64,000 nt of DNA from Octopus vulgaris (taxonomy: Eukaryota), in assembly GCA_951406725.2 (NCBI GenBank), contig OX597815.1, positions 26,040,001 to 26,104,000 on the forward strand, in the 5' to 3' direction. The translations under genes and the position numbers were made by a program. How positions within the stretch are numbered: the first letter of the stretch is position 1; every line of letters starts with the position of its first letter. This document shows positions 1 to 14,229 of this stretch, piece after piece. A model generated the notes under the pieces. It did not search any database. It saw only the letters and a list, made by a program, of their open reading frames with translations, and was not told the origin of the DNA.

Positions 1-113
1 AGGATTAAAGGCAAAGTCGACCTCGGCGGAATTTGAACTCAGAACGTAACGACAGACGAATTACCGCTAGGCATTTCGTCCGGCGCGCTAACGTTTCTAC
101 TAGCACGCCGCCT
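1..113 (-). mobile_element. tRNA-derived SINE family A (5' part, truncated by window edge)
   Basis: Reverse complement reads aggcggcgtgctagtagaaacgttagcgcgccggacgaaatg...gttctgagttcaaattccgccgaggtcgactttgcc, with an A-box/B-box-like head (GTTCAAATTCC). More than 10 similar copies occur in the window. Confidence 0.85.
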
Positions 114-407
114 ATTCTCTTGACAAACTGTATAGGAAGTGAATATCACCTGACTCAGTTAGGCAATCACTCAATGATCATTTTCAACTCTCTGCTATAA
201 AGCAACAGCTCCAAACTGTAGACCGTTCTCTTGCTCCTGGAATTTGGATTATATGACAATCAACAATTTCTCTTTTTTGATTTATTCTTACCACCGTAGA
301 CCCTCGTCACTTTCCTTGGATTCAGTATTTCACTTCCGTTCATATATTCTGTAACAGCAAATCTTTAAACATTTTTTTGTCCTTGGTCAGTGGTTCTCAG
401 TGTAGCC

Positions 408-642
408 CAGTGGTTTTCAATCATTCTTTCCCCTATAAACCCCTTTGATTCTTATTTCACTGATGTGGACTCCCATAGCCATTCGATTTTTTTTAAAATC
501 CTGTTATATTTTTATAATCAAATATTATTAGGAATTGTATTTAAAAAAATTAAGATATTTTGTGTATTCTAGAAGTAAAAGCATACAGCAAAATTTTATA
601 TGGAGCGCCAAGGGTCATGTGGGCTCTGGTTGAAAACCACTG
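408..642. mobile_element. hAT (Charlie-like) MITE
   Basis: TIRs cagtggttttcaa / ttgaaaaccactg. Internal sequence is similar to the 32152-32477 element. Confidence 0.65.
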
Positions 643-1259
643 GTCTAGTGGTTTTGCTTTAGATGTCTAAGTAAAACAAATGTTACGGGGTGATTATCCT
701 GAATAAACTTATGTGTGAAATAGTTGTAGCGGGTGTTTGGCTACATTCGGTCATTGAACAGACTGAAAAACTGGTGTTCATATCACGGCCCGATGGTCCC
801 TTGTTATTGTAAAGAGACATAAAAGATTTCCGTGTTAGTCTCCTTCTCCCTCCCTTCAGTTCTCCTTTTCACCATCTCCTAAATATCAATACGTGTGTGT
901 GTGTGTGTGAGAGAGAACGTACGCTTTCTATGAGTATATATGAGTGAGAAAAAGAAAGAGAAAAGGAACAGAGGGAGAGAGAGATGTAGCCGGTTTTCGA
1001 TTCGTTGATATCTGCGGTATTCCACAGTATTTTCTATAGCCAAATCAGTACATCTCAGACTGATAAATACTAAACCCATTTCCCAGAATATTGCTCTACT
1101 CTCTTTACTAACGAGAAGATTATTAAGCCATTCATATAATTTTTCTTTCTTCGCCATAATATTGGACAAGTTTAAAATTTTAAAACCAACTTAACTTTAT
1201 TAAACAGAAAATTCCCAGCCTTCTTTTCAGTCTTCACAGCTCTCTCACCCCATAGAGAA

Positions 1260-1540
1260 GCAATGGTCTCAGTCAAGGCAGACTGCTTCCTGCGGTACTT
1301 TCTGAATGGTACGAAAAGTTACCTTGAAGTAGTGCTACCCGCCTGTCTCATGCGGCCCACTTCCTCCAAAACAGGTTATCCATGTCTAGAATCTATACAA
1401 CCGTCTCAATGCTTCAATACAGGTGGATGTACAACTGGACATGTATGAACACTGTTCAATTGCAAAATAGGTTGACTTATGGAGCAGAATCTCTGATTAT
1501 TTCGTTAGGTTTTACCGCGCTATTGAAATCCTCCTTTGTC
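1260..1540 (+). mobile_element. Highly decayed RTE-like LINE fragment
   Basis: Frameshifted remnants (CFLRYFLN, RW..TGHV, LTYG, LKSS) resemble the RTE ORF2 C-terminus. Confidence 0.35.
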
Positions 1541-1662
1541 CGAGAGGGACAAACCACGCTTTGAAATTACGTTGCGCTACATAATAGGGAAACGAACTCC
1601 TAGCGATGATATAATAATCATATAGCCTAATAATCATATATCATCGGCTGGTATAATAATAA

Positions 1663-1868
1663 TCCTTTCTACTGGAAGCACAAAGCCTCGAATTTGGAGG
1701 ACTGGTCGATTACATCGACACCAGTACTCAGCTGGTACTTCATTTACCCCGAAAGGATAAAAGGCAAGGTCGACCTCGGCGGAATTTGAACTCAGAACGT
1801 AGCGGCAGACGAAATGCCGGTTAAGCATTTCGCCCAGCGTGCTAACGATTCTGCCAGCTCGCCGCCTT
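1663..1868 (-). mobile_element. SINE family A
   Basis: Full-length copy: ...ccgaaaggataaaaggcaaggtcgacctcggcggaatttgaactcagaacg...ctgccagctcgccgcctt. Confidence 0.9.
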
Positions 1869-2105
1869 GGGTGATATTATAATTATATAGCCTGATCAGC
1901 TATATGATTAACATACCTTTAGCTTCAACCAGTTTACACACACATGCGCGCGCGCAGTCACACAAACACGCGCGCACACTCACATACACACGCACGCTTA
2001 CACACACACACACGCACGCACACGCACGCACACAAACACAGATAAGCAATGACAGGCACACACAAACACAGACATATACGCATATATATGTTATGAGTGT
2101 GTATA

Positions 2106-2159
<54 letters not shown>

Positions 2160-2444
2160 CATAATTATATGTATGTATGTGTTCGTTTTAACTAAGACAA
2201 TCTAATAGATTAAAATAGCCATCTGTGTACCATAGTAAATATAAATACATCGCAAAACACAAATTTATCGCAGAATTTATCCGGAGACAATATCTCTTAC
2301 GAACGTGCTTTATTTAAAAAAGCACAGTATATATCAGAGACAGACGAAAATTCTCCCGCCAGTGGCTGGTGAGAATGTTAGATGCACATTTCTGCTTTGT
2401 TGGGCGTCTGTCAATACCATGTGCTCATAATACATAATACAACA

Positions 2445-2494
<50 letters not shown>

Positions 2495-3374
2495 TGTGTG
2501 TGATATGCGATATATAATTATATGCACACGTATGTTTATGAATATACATATATACAATCTTACATACATACATGTATTTTTGTGCGGGGTGTGTCGTGTG
2601 TATGTGTGTATATCCGATGAAGCAGCATAATTAATAGAGCTAACATCTTCATCACTAGTACTACCACCCGATTCTTAACACTTGGTATTCATGCTGTCCC
2701 ATTCGAAAATATATCAACAAACTGGAATAAACCTGTTCGATGATTCACTAAGAGATACCAGTTAACTAGTCAAGTTGAAGTGCTCTCTGTGCGTACATAC
2801 ATACATATGCGGGTACACATACACACAGACTGACACATACTTATAGACACACACACATATATGCTAGTGTACGTGCGCGTGTTTGTGTGGTCGCACGTCT
2901 CTGTGTACTAGTTTATTTGCCGTGTGTACCTATTAGTATATACATAACGAATCTCTATAGCATATCTGTATGTGAAATACCAGATGAAACTCTCTCTCCC
3001 TCCCTCTCTCTCTCTCCCTCCCCCTTTTCTCTCTCTCCCTCCCTCTCTCTCTCCCTCCTCCTCTCTCTCTCCCTCTCTCTCTCTGTGTCTGTGTGTGTAC
3101 GTGTTTCATATACATACGTCTATAATATTTATATAATATGTATACATATGGTAAATTGTATAATTATATTGCATAAATATATGTACACGTGTCTAATTAC
3201 GTATCTGTGTGTGCATATAGGAGTGTGCGTGTGTGTGTATGTATGTATGTATGTATGTATGTACGTATGTATGTTTGTATGTATATATTTAAATATGCAC
3301 ACATAGACGTGAGTGTGTTTGTGTGTTGGTACGTGCGTGTGTGTGTGTATGTGTATGTGTTTCTGTATGTATGT

Positions 3375-3421
<47 letters not shown>

Positions 3422-3843
3422 TATGTGTGTGTGTGTGTTTGAATGTATATACGTACGGTTGATAGGGTAACGAAGTAATATTTTTCAATAAGCTCTGATC
3501 TTATCTTTAATTTACAATCGATTTTTAACGCACCACTATAATGATTCTAATATATTCTCTCTGCAAATATCACTCTAATAAGTTCAATAAATTCTCATAT
3601 ATAAAAGCGTGCTTTAATTAATGGATGGTGGTAATTTCTGCTTGTTTATGTTTATATTGATAAAACGATCAGAGAGCTGGAATCAATCCCAGTGTTTAGA
3701 CAGATTTGCGGGCAAGCATGCGTTTATAAATTAACTTTATATAAGTTGGTCCAATCATTTCAGTGGTGTGGTTGCTTTTTTTCTTTTTACCCCTAATTAC
3801 GATCTATGATTTATATTTTTATTTTCCTATCCTCCTACCAGTG

Positions 3844-3915
<72 letters not shown>

Positions 3916-4346
3916 AATCAGTCTCTCTATCTATTACTTGTCTTTTTCTTGCTTTTATCTTTTTAATTTAGGTAGGATGTCCCCTGACTATAACCTTTAC
4001 AGGTCTTCATAAACTAGCGTGGTTAATATTTAGTATGAATTTCAGCGAGTTGAGAAAACATGAACAGAATTTAAATGATGTGGTTGCAGTTCTTGGTGTA
4101 AAGGTAGAAGGAAATATTTGTGTAGGATTTGATGTTGGCGAAAAACAGTAGGAACGACGAAGGATAAGAGGCTGTGGAATCACCAAGAGGAATCTGAAGT
4201 GTACCTTCATTTGAAGAGACAGCTTGTGGTTACAGCATATCAAGTGTGCTGCTAATCTATCTAGTGATCAAGGAATGATGTCTTCCAGTTGGTCGCATGG
4301 CATTTAAAATTTTTTTCTGGCGTTTAAAATGTAGTAGCTTCTTCAC

Positions 4347-4377
<31 letters not shown>

Positions 4378-6049
4378 TGTATGTATGTATGTATGTATGT
4401 ATGTATGTATGTATGTACCCACACGTGTCTAGGCGCATAAGTACCCCATGATCTATAAATACACTGGTAGATCCAAATGAAAAAGAAAATGAACAAAATA
4501 ATATGACCGCCTGCTTATCGGGAAATTTGTAAGTTCGATTGAAAAAATCTTTCCTTAAAGATAATCAAACGAAATGCTCATCATTTTGGGCCACTCACCC
4601 GCTGAGTATTTCTGCCAAATTTGGGGAAAATCCGTTTTGCCGTTTTGTAGTAATTTTACAAACACACAGACAAAGCAAGTGATTACAATACCATGCTTTC
4701 GCTACGCGCGCTGGGTAAAAGAGTTCTCTGGTTTTTATTCTTTTTCTACTTTTGGGAATTGTGAATATGAGGCAAAATAGATTTCAGTCGTGTAATGGAG
4801 TTTGTATCTCTGGGCCGTCATCTTTTTCTATGAAGTTAAATATTTAATTTCTTACATTAGCTTGTGGTAACTAAAATGTATTGCTTACATCGTACTAATA
4901 TAATTAGCACGAAATACACTTTAAGCATACCTCACACTAATTAAATTACTTAACATGAATACACATTCCTTCTCAAATACGATATTATTTTTTCTAAGTG
5001 TTGAAAGAAAATCAAACTACATTTAAGCAAATACAATCTTTAAAATCTTCTAATATGAATATGTGGTTATATAGTTTTCCATTTTAAAATATATCATCTA
5101 CAGGGAGGTTGTTGGTTGATATAAAATAGGGGTTGGAAGAATCGATAGGGCATCGGATAAAATGCCTTGTGGTATTTAGTTACATCTCTAAGTTCAGAGT
5201 TAAAATTTCACTAAGACCGACTTTCCACTTTCATCCTTCCGATGTCGATAAATAAAATCAAATGAGATACTTAGTCGATGTGATCAATCATACCCTTAAA
5301 AGTACTATTTCATCATTACCACAGTCTATTGATTGAAAGGAGTGAAAGAATATGGGAAGAATATCGATGTATTTGAATGGCATCTCATAACACCGCCAAC
5401 TGTTAGCCTCACTTCCACCCTCATCAAAACGTAGTGTATAAATTATCACTTCTGAAGTAAATGTCTCAATGAAATATTTTCATAATATATTTTGATTAAT
5501 TAGTGTTATGAGATCTCTATATTATTTAATATGTAAATGATTCCTTTCCTACAAAAGTGGGAAAAGCCAAGTGCTGTATAGCTAAGACTGCACAAAGCGA
5601 ATCGATTAACTAACTTAAAGGTACAAGTTATGTATTGATTATTCACGGCTTTCATTTTGAATTTTCATTAGTTCATCTTAAGTTGATTTTCACGAATATA
5701 AGCCCGGTCTATTTCATAATAATATGATGTCCAATGTTAAATGAGAGTAAGTTTCGGTCTTTAAATTGAAAAATAAGTTAAAGGCTCCTGATTTCATATT
5801 AATTTTGTGACGTAAGTTTGGTTTCGGTGATCAAAGATGACTTATGCTATCTTTCATATTGCATAACAGTTTAGGTTAAAGTTAAGCTATCCTTAGAATT
5901 ATTAATCGTAGTTGTTTTTTTAACTGTAAAATTTATTCTGCTTTGATTCTTGTCTGATGAGAAAAACTCCGACCAAGACTAAAAGTTAAACAGGAGAAAT
6001 GACAGCTGGTTATATACATATTCTTCTGATGTTTCCAGGGTGTGTATAA

Positions 6050-6520
6050 TAAGTTTCCAGCAACTGTATTGGTTTTAGGAGTGATGAGTAATGAAATTTT
6101 GGCCATGCCACTTCACTTACTTCCACTGAGTCTAATAATTAATGCAGTTAGATACGTTGAGATACTGGAGACAGTGATTTAGCCCTGGATAGATGAAGTA
6201 CGTTAGTAGTGAAAGGCTATATGTGTTTTAGCAAAACTCAATAAATATCTTCTCACAAAACCTGCACTCACAAACCCAAGAATGGATGTCAAACAATCTT
6301 TATGCTCATGATACACCGAACTTGCCTTCAAACGTGCCGCATTTAAATAACATGGACTGCTGCGTTTGGAGTCGTTGAATAGGAGACTAATAAACTTTCT
6401 CAAAATACTCTTGCGTCACTGAAGGCCGCCATTATCCAGGTGATATTAGAAATGAATGAGGACCATTTAACGCAGACGTTAACGATCGAAGATGAAGGTC
6501 AATTCATAAAATAATCTTAT
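6050..6520 (+). pseudogene. Decayed Tc1/mariner (maT/DD37D-like) transposase
   Basis: Translates with stops and frameshifts to KFPATVLVLGVMSNE, YVEILETVI*PWIDEVR, TQEWMSNNL, MDCCVWS, ETNKLSQNTLASLKAAI, typical of the DDD domain C-terminal half. Confidence 0.75.
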
Positions 6521-6943
6521 AAGAACACTTATCGAGAAAATATGCACAAACCTTAATTAAAGTACATTTGAATTTTGCAAGAATAAAATTGTTTTATTAA
6601 ATCAGTAAAGTGTCATCAAATACCTTGCACCCAATATAAAAAACGAACATACTTGTTTGTAATCAGATAGTTTTGCAAATAGAACTGTTTACAGAACAAT
6701 GGACTACGAAGAGGACGCTGGAGTGGGTATTTTAGGTTTATATCGGCCATTGACGTTATTGTCACATTATCTACCTGTATCACTTTCCGCGCATTCTTGG
6801 GAACAGCCTGTCCGGTGGCAGCTGCCTATCTCTCATTGACTAGGACGATGCACTCACCGTTGCTTCTTCGCTTCTACCATGACGGAGGATATGGTCTAGT
6901 GAAGTCAATGACAACAGATAATAGAAATAGATAAACGCGTCTA

Positions 6944-7345
6944 TGTAACTGTTTTAGAGATAAAGTATGCCTGTTAAACTCAAAATGTAAAATTAAGAAC
7001 CTGGTCTATAGATGTAAAGTTACCTCGGAAGAAAAGGAATATGTTTATATAGGGGCCAACCCTCTTGTTTTCAAAAAAGAACTGGCCAATCATTTAAATT
7101 CTTTTAGAAATAGGAAAAAATAAATAATACAAACCTGAGTAAACTGATTTGGTTAATTAAAGACAAAAACAAAAGCTATTCTCTCGATTAGGAACTAATT
7201 AGAACTGCTAACCCATATTGTGTAGTGGGGAATAGACGCGACTTATGCATAGAGGAGCTTTACCAAATATTTACATCAAAATACACATGAATTAATGCAA
7301 GACACGGATAAGCCCTTAGATGTTTACACAAGCACGGTCAGACCA
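6944..7345 (+). mobile_element. Penelope-like retroelement remnant, GIY-YIG endonuclease
   Basis: CNCFRDKVCLLNSKCKIKNLVYRCKVTSEEKEYVYIGA...NHLNSFRN...TNLSKLIWLIKDK...ANPYC...DLCIEE matches the PLE Cys-rich linker plus GIY-YIG layout. Internal stops present. Confidence 0.8.
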
Positions 7346-7872
7346 TTAAGAGATATAAAAATAATTCTAGATAGGTAGTGCCCCAGTAACATCTGGGCTT
7401 GATATAACAAATAGAACAACATAACGTAAGCATAAAAATATCTGATCACCCTCATTAATAACAAAACATATTTTACACAATGTACAACACAAATAATGAG
7501 CAGTCCAACCAAAATATGAATGTAAACAAACAAGAACCCTTCAATACAAGCACTACACTTGAAATCAAAAATAATACACACAACCATCAAAACGAACAAC
7601 CTTTCAAAAACAACAGTCTTAACCTTAACCTATTTAAGAAAATCATATTTATTTCAGATCACACCTTAGAAATCCAAAAATTGTTTTAATTGCATGAGCA
7701 TACACATACACACATACATATATATTCATAAACACACACACCTATATATATGGATGTATAAAAAATAGAATGAAAAACTATAGAAAATTTGTATTATATG
7801 GTTAAAAAATATATTAAAATTGTCATGTTAAGAAAATGATATAAAATTTTGTGTATAGTGACATTGTTTTTG

Positions 7873-7911
7873 GAGAAATAACCGGTTTCGCATTTTCTTT
7901 TCAAATTTCTC
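7873..7911 (-). ncRNA. Minimal hammerhead-like motif, U3:A8 core variant (stem II degenerate)
   Basis: Reverse complement: GAGAAAT-TTGAAAA-gaaaatgc-GAAA-CCGG-TT-ATTTCTC. Perfect 7-bp stem I and palindromic loop III. Lies in the PLE 3' region. Confidence 0.5.
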
Positions 7912-8402
7912 AAATTTCTTTACCGATGTTGTGTCATCTGTTCGTTATGATGTGATGTAGAAGAGTTCGAAACAGGGCGAGGTAATCATGGATTTTTTTC
8001 AGTATAAGGGAGATAATAAAAAATGTTGGGAATGATTAGGTTTTGTTATTTTAACACGGTTTGGTTTTGATAGAATAAAATGTTAGAAATGGTTAAGTTT
8101 TGGTTTATATTTTTCAATGAGGTAAGTTTCCTTATTTAAAAATGCTAGTAATGGTTAAGTTTTGGCTTATATTTTTCATTGAAGTAGGTTTCCTTATTTA
8201 ATCTAACTTGTGTTGGTGTTCCAATAGCACATTGATAAAATGGAAAGATTACAGTTGTTTTGTGCATCTGTCAATGTGTTCACTAAAGGGTATCATTCTG
8301 TATTCTGGGAATGCAATCTGCTGTCGATGCAGATTGCATCTGTGTTTGAGCGATAATCCCGTGGACCCTATGTAATTCTGGTGACAGCCCGAGCATCTTA
8401 TA

Positions 8403-8630
8403 TATTTCTTTACTACCAACAAGGGGCTAAACACAGAGGGGACAAACAAGAACGGACAAACGGATTAAGTCGATTACATTAAGTGCGTAACTGGTACTTA
8501 ATTTATCGACCCCGAAAGGATGAAAGGCAAAGTCGACCTCGGCGGAATTTGAACTCAGAACGTAACGGCAGACGAAATACGGCTACGCATTTCGCCCGGC
8601 GTGCTAACGATTCTGCCAGCTCGCCACCTT
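8403..8630 (-). mobile_element. SINE family A (alternative 3' tail subfamily) with 17-bp TSD
   Basis: Flanked by agcccgagcatcttata (8386-8402) and agcccgagaatattata (8631-8647). Confidence 0.9.
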
Positions 8631-10250
8631 AGCCCGAGAATATTATAACATAAATCAGGTTTTCCGAGGCACCTGTTTCTTTTCAGATCTACACAATCTA
8701 TAATATATTTCGAATGGTTTCCCTCTCCCTTATATACAATCTATTCAAAATCTACAAATCCTTGCATGAAGCAAGAATGACAAAATTTATCATATGATCA
8801 GCAAGTAAGTGGTGTTAAGTCGTTCTTGTTTGAATACATTTAAACTAAGAAATCTTGTCTCAACTCACTACTTTTCATTCTATGGCAAAAAGTAGCAGTC
8901 ATATGACAGAAGAGAAATTGTTTATCATAACAGCACAATTGATTTTGCATCGATAGTTTCACTATACGTAAACTTACAAATACCATGTACAGCAAACAGT
9001 TATATACTCAAGTATTTACATTCCCATATATGAGTCTTTTTTTCTTCCTTTCTTTCATTCTTTCAGTCAGTCAGTCTTTGTAAAATTACTACAACCCGCA
9101 GTTAAAACTTATTCACTAACTCAAAATCCCAGTGAAAAGGTAGATTAATATGGTTGAAGTCCCTGATCTGACATTAAATACTGGAGCAGCTTTTTGCTGT
9201 TTAGTTGATACCCTACTAAAAGGCGTGAACTAAGTAATGCCCAAGCAACAGCAGTATCTCTTTCTTTTGCTCATTCTTTTTCTCTCACACGAAGTGTAAG
9301 GAGCCTCAAAAATTGTATTCTCCACTCCTTGTGGCAACTGAACTTAGCAAACTCATCTATGAACTAGTTGTTGTTAACTTTCACTAGTGTCCTTGGATTC
9401 GGACGTTGACCCATCAATCCGTAGTTTTATGCTTTATTCACACGGCTAACCAAGTCTTTGCAATCTAAGTGTTGATTAAAACAAAAGAAAATAAAGGCGT
9501 AATATATAGGAAAACTTTACAAGCAAAAGATAAATTAAAGTTACGTTTTATTTAGGAATAATCAATCTTATCGTAAAACCCAAGGTATTTAAATGATATT
9601 AAAAAACAATACTTGATAGGGTATTTGAAATTGCAAGTAACATTAAATTTGTAATGAAATAAATCACAGTAAAATGGAAGAACCATTTTGATTGACACCA
9701 CAAAATAGATGTTATTTATTTATATATTTATTTAATTATTTATTTATTTTGTTCTTTTATCGTTTACAGAAGATATTTCTTTCATTCTAGACAGCTGTGT
9801 TTCAACCATGCATCTTATCTTCCTTCGAAAAAACTTTATCGGCTGCTCTCAATGGAAATTTATTAGGAAAACGCGCGTCAAACTCAGCAAGAGGAAGCAA
9901 CATCTCTGCGAACTGGTGTAATCGGTGACAGTTTTTAGTAATAAGTTCAAGCCCATCCGTCATTGCATCGACTGACCAAAACTTCATTCTGTATTCTACA
10001 ATACCTCTTTCTCTTTACTACAACATATTTCTTACAACCTTCTCTTTCTCTTTCCTTCTGTGAATGATTCTTTCTTTCTGGCCTTTGTTTATCGGTTGCT
10101 GATAAATGGAAACAAAGCTGAGTAGAAAAAATATATCAAGTTAATTACAAACCTTTCGCTGTCGTCGCATTCCGCCATTCGTTCATCAATCTGGCCCACT
10201 TAAAACTAATGTTTTGTAACAGAACAAGTTATTTACCTCTTTATTTATTC

Positions 10251-10317
<67 letters not shown>

Positions 10318-10345
10318 CCTATCTATTTACCTATCTATTTATCTG

Positions 10346-10435
<90 letters not shown>

Positions 10436-11016
10436 AATTTATTCTGCAGCTGAAAAAAATACCAATGTATTGACATATGCAAATTACATTGGCAACTTTT
10501 GTAAAAATGATCATTTTTTTTTTCTAATTTTCACATTCGATATTCCGATCTTTGTACCAAAATATAAGAAAGCACCATAGAAACAGCTTAAAGAAGAATT
10601 ATAAACTTGCAAACTTGTGTATCTGAAACGCTGTCAAAGCGGAAAGATTAGAAAATAATCTCAAATAACGGTTAGATTACGTACAACACTAGATTAATTT
10701 GATAGGCCTAGATTTTTTTTTGTTTCAAAAGGGTAGCGTTATGGTAAAAATAATCAATGTAAAAGAAAATCTATTTGTGACCATACAAGATTTGAAATCA
10801 GAGATATAAAACTGCAATTTGCTTGGTGACACATTGCAGTATCTGGTATGCTGCACCGGGTTACTATATTAATTTCGAAATAACTTCTCACATTTGTAGA
10901 TGTGAAAAGGAAATTGTGGTGTTCGTTCGTCTCGAAAGATAAAACCCCATGTAGAATCAGATATTAGCGCAGAACGAATCTGGGTATATGTGAAGCTTAT
11001 GTATTTCCCAAGGATA

Positions 11017-11417
11017 TATTTATATATAAAAGTAAGGTTGTGTGTCTGTCTCCTACGATTTAGATTCCTAACTACTCCCACATTTTGCGGTGCAGTTTAA
11101 CCAAAAGCGGGTATCTTATAGTCGTGATTCATATCAAGCCCTTCTGGGTATTAGCGCGCGTCTACGATGAGTCTACGATGAGTCTACGATTAAAAAAAAA
11201 ATTTACCATCATTTTTTCCATTTTAATGCATTTTTTTCGCTATTATATAAGGGAAGTAACTCTCTAAAAATGTCTACGATGAGTCAACGATTTTTGAAAA
11301 AATTTACCATAATTTTTTTTTCCATTTATTTTCTATTTTTTTGGCTATAACTCTCTAAAAAATGCTTATATAGTTATTTCCCTTACAAACCCGAGCAACG
11401 CCGGGCGATACTGCTAA
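11017..11417 (+). mobile_element. Non-autonomous Helitron
   Basis: Homologous to 62275-62672. 3' GC-rich hairpin cccgagcaacgccggg followed by CTAA (CTRR). Inserted at A|T with no TSD. Confidence 0.8.
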
Positions 11418-12526
11418 TTAGTAAATAAGTAAAAGATTACAACTGTTAATAGAAATAAGTTGAAGACTTGGTCCACTGGAAACAAGTTCTGCATATACTC
11501 AGAGATTATTTATCAAAACATTGGCAATTCTCAAGAGAAAAACATATAATCGATGTAACTATCTTATTGCTAGTTATATCATCGTCTCTGGAGCAATAAA
11601 GAATTGGACGAATTTCAAAGTATTCAAAACTCCAAGATCAGTGTTTAAGAACTTTAGTTGCTATGAAGTTTTTAATTTGCTTTTTTCTGTTTTACTATAA
11701 ATGAAATTACGTTTGACGTGTGTTGGTCAAACCAAAAAAGTCTAATGTAATCATTATAGCTGATTATCCAATCAATTAATAGATTCTATTATCTTATTAG
11801 ATTTGATCTGACTGACAATTGCCAGAAAAAGAGAAACCGAGGGATGTGTGGTTACGATACATTTTACGACCGGATGATTCCAGATTTGATTATATAATGT
11901 GACCCCTTGGACAGGTGTCATTTACTGTAGCCTCGGAGTGACCAGTATCTTGTGAGTGGAATTTGCTTAAACGGGAACTGTGGAGATATAGTCGACGAGT
12001 AAGAGGTTAAAAATTAGTACTTGGATTTTTGAATAGATACCATTCAACATTTAGGCTGGCACTCTGTTATCTGTGACATTTCACTGAAATAGTAATGAAA
12101 ACTTAGTCAGGTAAAGGCCTGCATATTAATTGAGAATGAAGATGGTTTCAATCATAAACTCACCTACCGATTGCTGTTTGTTTTACAGAACTTGTCAATC
12201 AGAGATGACTTGATAAATTATTATATCAAAATCAGTATATAATGTATTGTTTAAAGAGCACAAGAAACATAGTGTAGTGACGTCTAATTCAAAAGTATCA
12301 ATGGTAGTGAAAAAGTGAAATAATCTTTGTTCAAATTGAAAGCTAGTCGCGAAACCGGCTCAAAAAGCGTTTGTTTCTTTCCTACGGAGTTGAGCAGGAG
12401 ATACAGTAATAATTTCTGTCGATTAAGTAAAAACGGAAATTCCGATAAGCAAGGCTATAGACAGTATCGATGTGTTACTGATGATACTTATTTCATATAG
12501 CTAGGAAGAAGGAAAAAGAAATTATA

Positions 12527-12560
12527 ACTCACCTGAAAGAAAGACAAATATTATATTACA
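12527..12560 (-). promoter_or_regulatory. Candidate recursive splice site (ratchet point)
   Basis: Reverse complement tgtaatataatatttgtctttctttCAG|GTGAGT: a 3' splice site immediately followed by a consensus 5' splice site. Confidence 0.5.
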
Positions 12561-12866
12561 AAGTGAGGTAAATTAAATAGATAAACAGACAGGTGGGAGA
12601 TTGACAAAGTGGGGGAGAATAAAAGAGAGAGAGGGGGGGAGAGAAAGAGGAAATCAACAGTCATCAGTTTGTGTGACAATCATTCAAGCAGACGATGAAA
12701 TAAATGGTATGACGGAAAAAAAAAAACAGTGCGAAAGGTATCAGTAGCGAGGATAGAGAGAAGCAGAAAAGAAAAGAGGGAATTAGAGCGGTAATGTGAT
12801 AAAATAACATATATATGGAGAGTCAATGAGATAATGATATAGAGAGTGACAAAGATAGAAGGATAG

Positions 12867-12929
<63 letters not shown>

Positions 12930-14229
12930 GTGTGTGTGTATGAGTGAGTGTGTGTGTGTGAGAGAGAGAGAGTGGGTGAGAAAGAGAGAGAGAGAGAGAA
13001 AGTTCTGTATGGTTTCAAAGTGTAAGGTGGGGTAGACACTGGGAAATTAAGGAAAGAAGTAGTGATAGAGCTCGGTTGAGAAAAAGGGAGAAGAATATAC
13101 AATTATGCAGAGAGAGGTGGAGGAAGAGAAGAAATAAAATATGAGAGAGAATAATGAAGGAATATAAGTGGAGGTAAAAGGAATATAATAGCTGAAAGAA
13201 GACATTATGAAACACAAGAGAAAAATGGAACTTGGCTCGAACCAAAATCTTTAAGAATTTCTCAAGGCAGAAATACATCTCAGACCGCAGTTTCCATTAT
13301 TTACGCTATGTAATGTAAAGAAATGCAAATACAACTTTATAATATCTTCGCACACCTTATTTCGGGCACATTACATTTCCGTACGTGAAAAGAATAGAAA
13401 GCTGTATTTATATCTATCTACACCCACAAAGTGGGTTTAAAACTGTAGTCTTACTCTCTATAGTAGATTTCTTTTTAAAGCGTCTAAGTTGTTGCTTATA
13501 GTCCGTAGTGAACCCTAACTGAGGTGACCTAAGATTCAAGGTATTCAAGCCGTGAGCTGAAATGGAATGGGCTGCTATTTCTAGTAGGTTGAGTGACCAA
13601 TAGAAGCCCCTTAGAAGTTCCTTCTTTGATTCTTAGAGTGAATAATGCTTAGGTGGATAGTTAATGAGACTTTTTGTTTTTTAGATAAGAAAGAAGCTGA
13701 CCTTATACATGTAATTATTCATTTGTGGCTTTCAAACGATTGTAACCACAATAAAATCTTTCGTGTGTAAATCTAATCAACTTGCGTAAAACAATAATGA
13801 TGGTCTTGTAATTAAAAACTAAACGAATCCTTTGTTTTTGTTTTGTTTTGTTTCTCTTCTTGGAAATACTAAATACTATCAAAACAACACTTAAGCAAAT
13901 ATAAATGTACGGTCGGCGCGTAATGACTGAGTGGACCAATTATTGTATACGTTCAGTAATGTCTCATATATTTAATATAATGGGGAGAAAAGCTTCAATT
14001 AACTCAGTTTTGTTGTCATTTTAGATTTTAGACAGTCTAGGAGGAGTTTGTGTCTACTAATTGCATGGATAATCTCAGTTAATTAAAATTTTTCTGTTCG
14101 TTACATTAAATATGTAAGACCTATAGGTATTTGTAAAACGCTCCCTTGATGTATTTTCCCCAGATGTTAACCCGTGCTTTCAGGATCAAATATTGGACTT
14201 CCCTCTTTAATCATTAGTCTTTCTCGCTA

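Larger units (their letters stand above)
7740..8674 (-). mobile_element. Penelope-like retroelement remnant (GIY-YIG plus 3' pLTR), interrupted by a SINE
   Basis: Removing the SINE and one copy of its TSD restores ASENLIYVIRCSGCHQNYIGSTGLSLKHRCNLHRQQIAFPEYRMIPFSEHIDRC. An HHR-like motif lies downstream at 7873-7911. Left boundary is approximate. Confidence 0.8.

Noticed and set aside
5950-5980. CTGATGA hammerhead core
   Set aside because: No GAAA after the stem.
9802-9987. 61-aa ORF in non-repetitive sequence
   Set aside because: No recognisable family and in-frame stops shortly upstream; cannot support a call.
12326-12366. TTGAAA-GC..GC-GAAACCGG hammerhead-like motif
   Set aside because: Core one base short, no NUH triplet; too degenerate to call.
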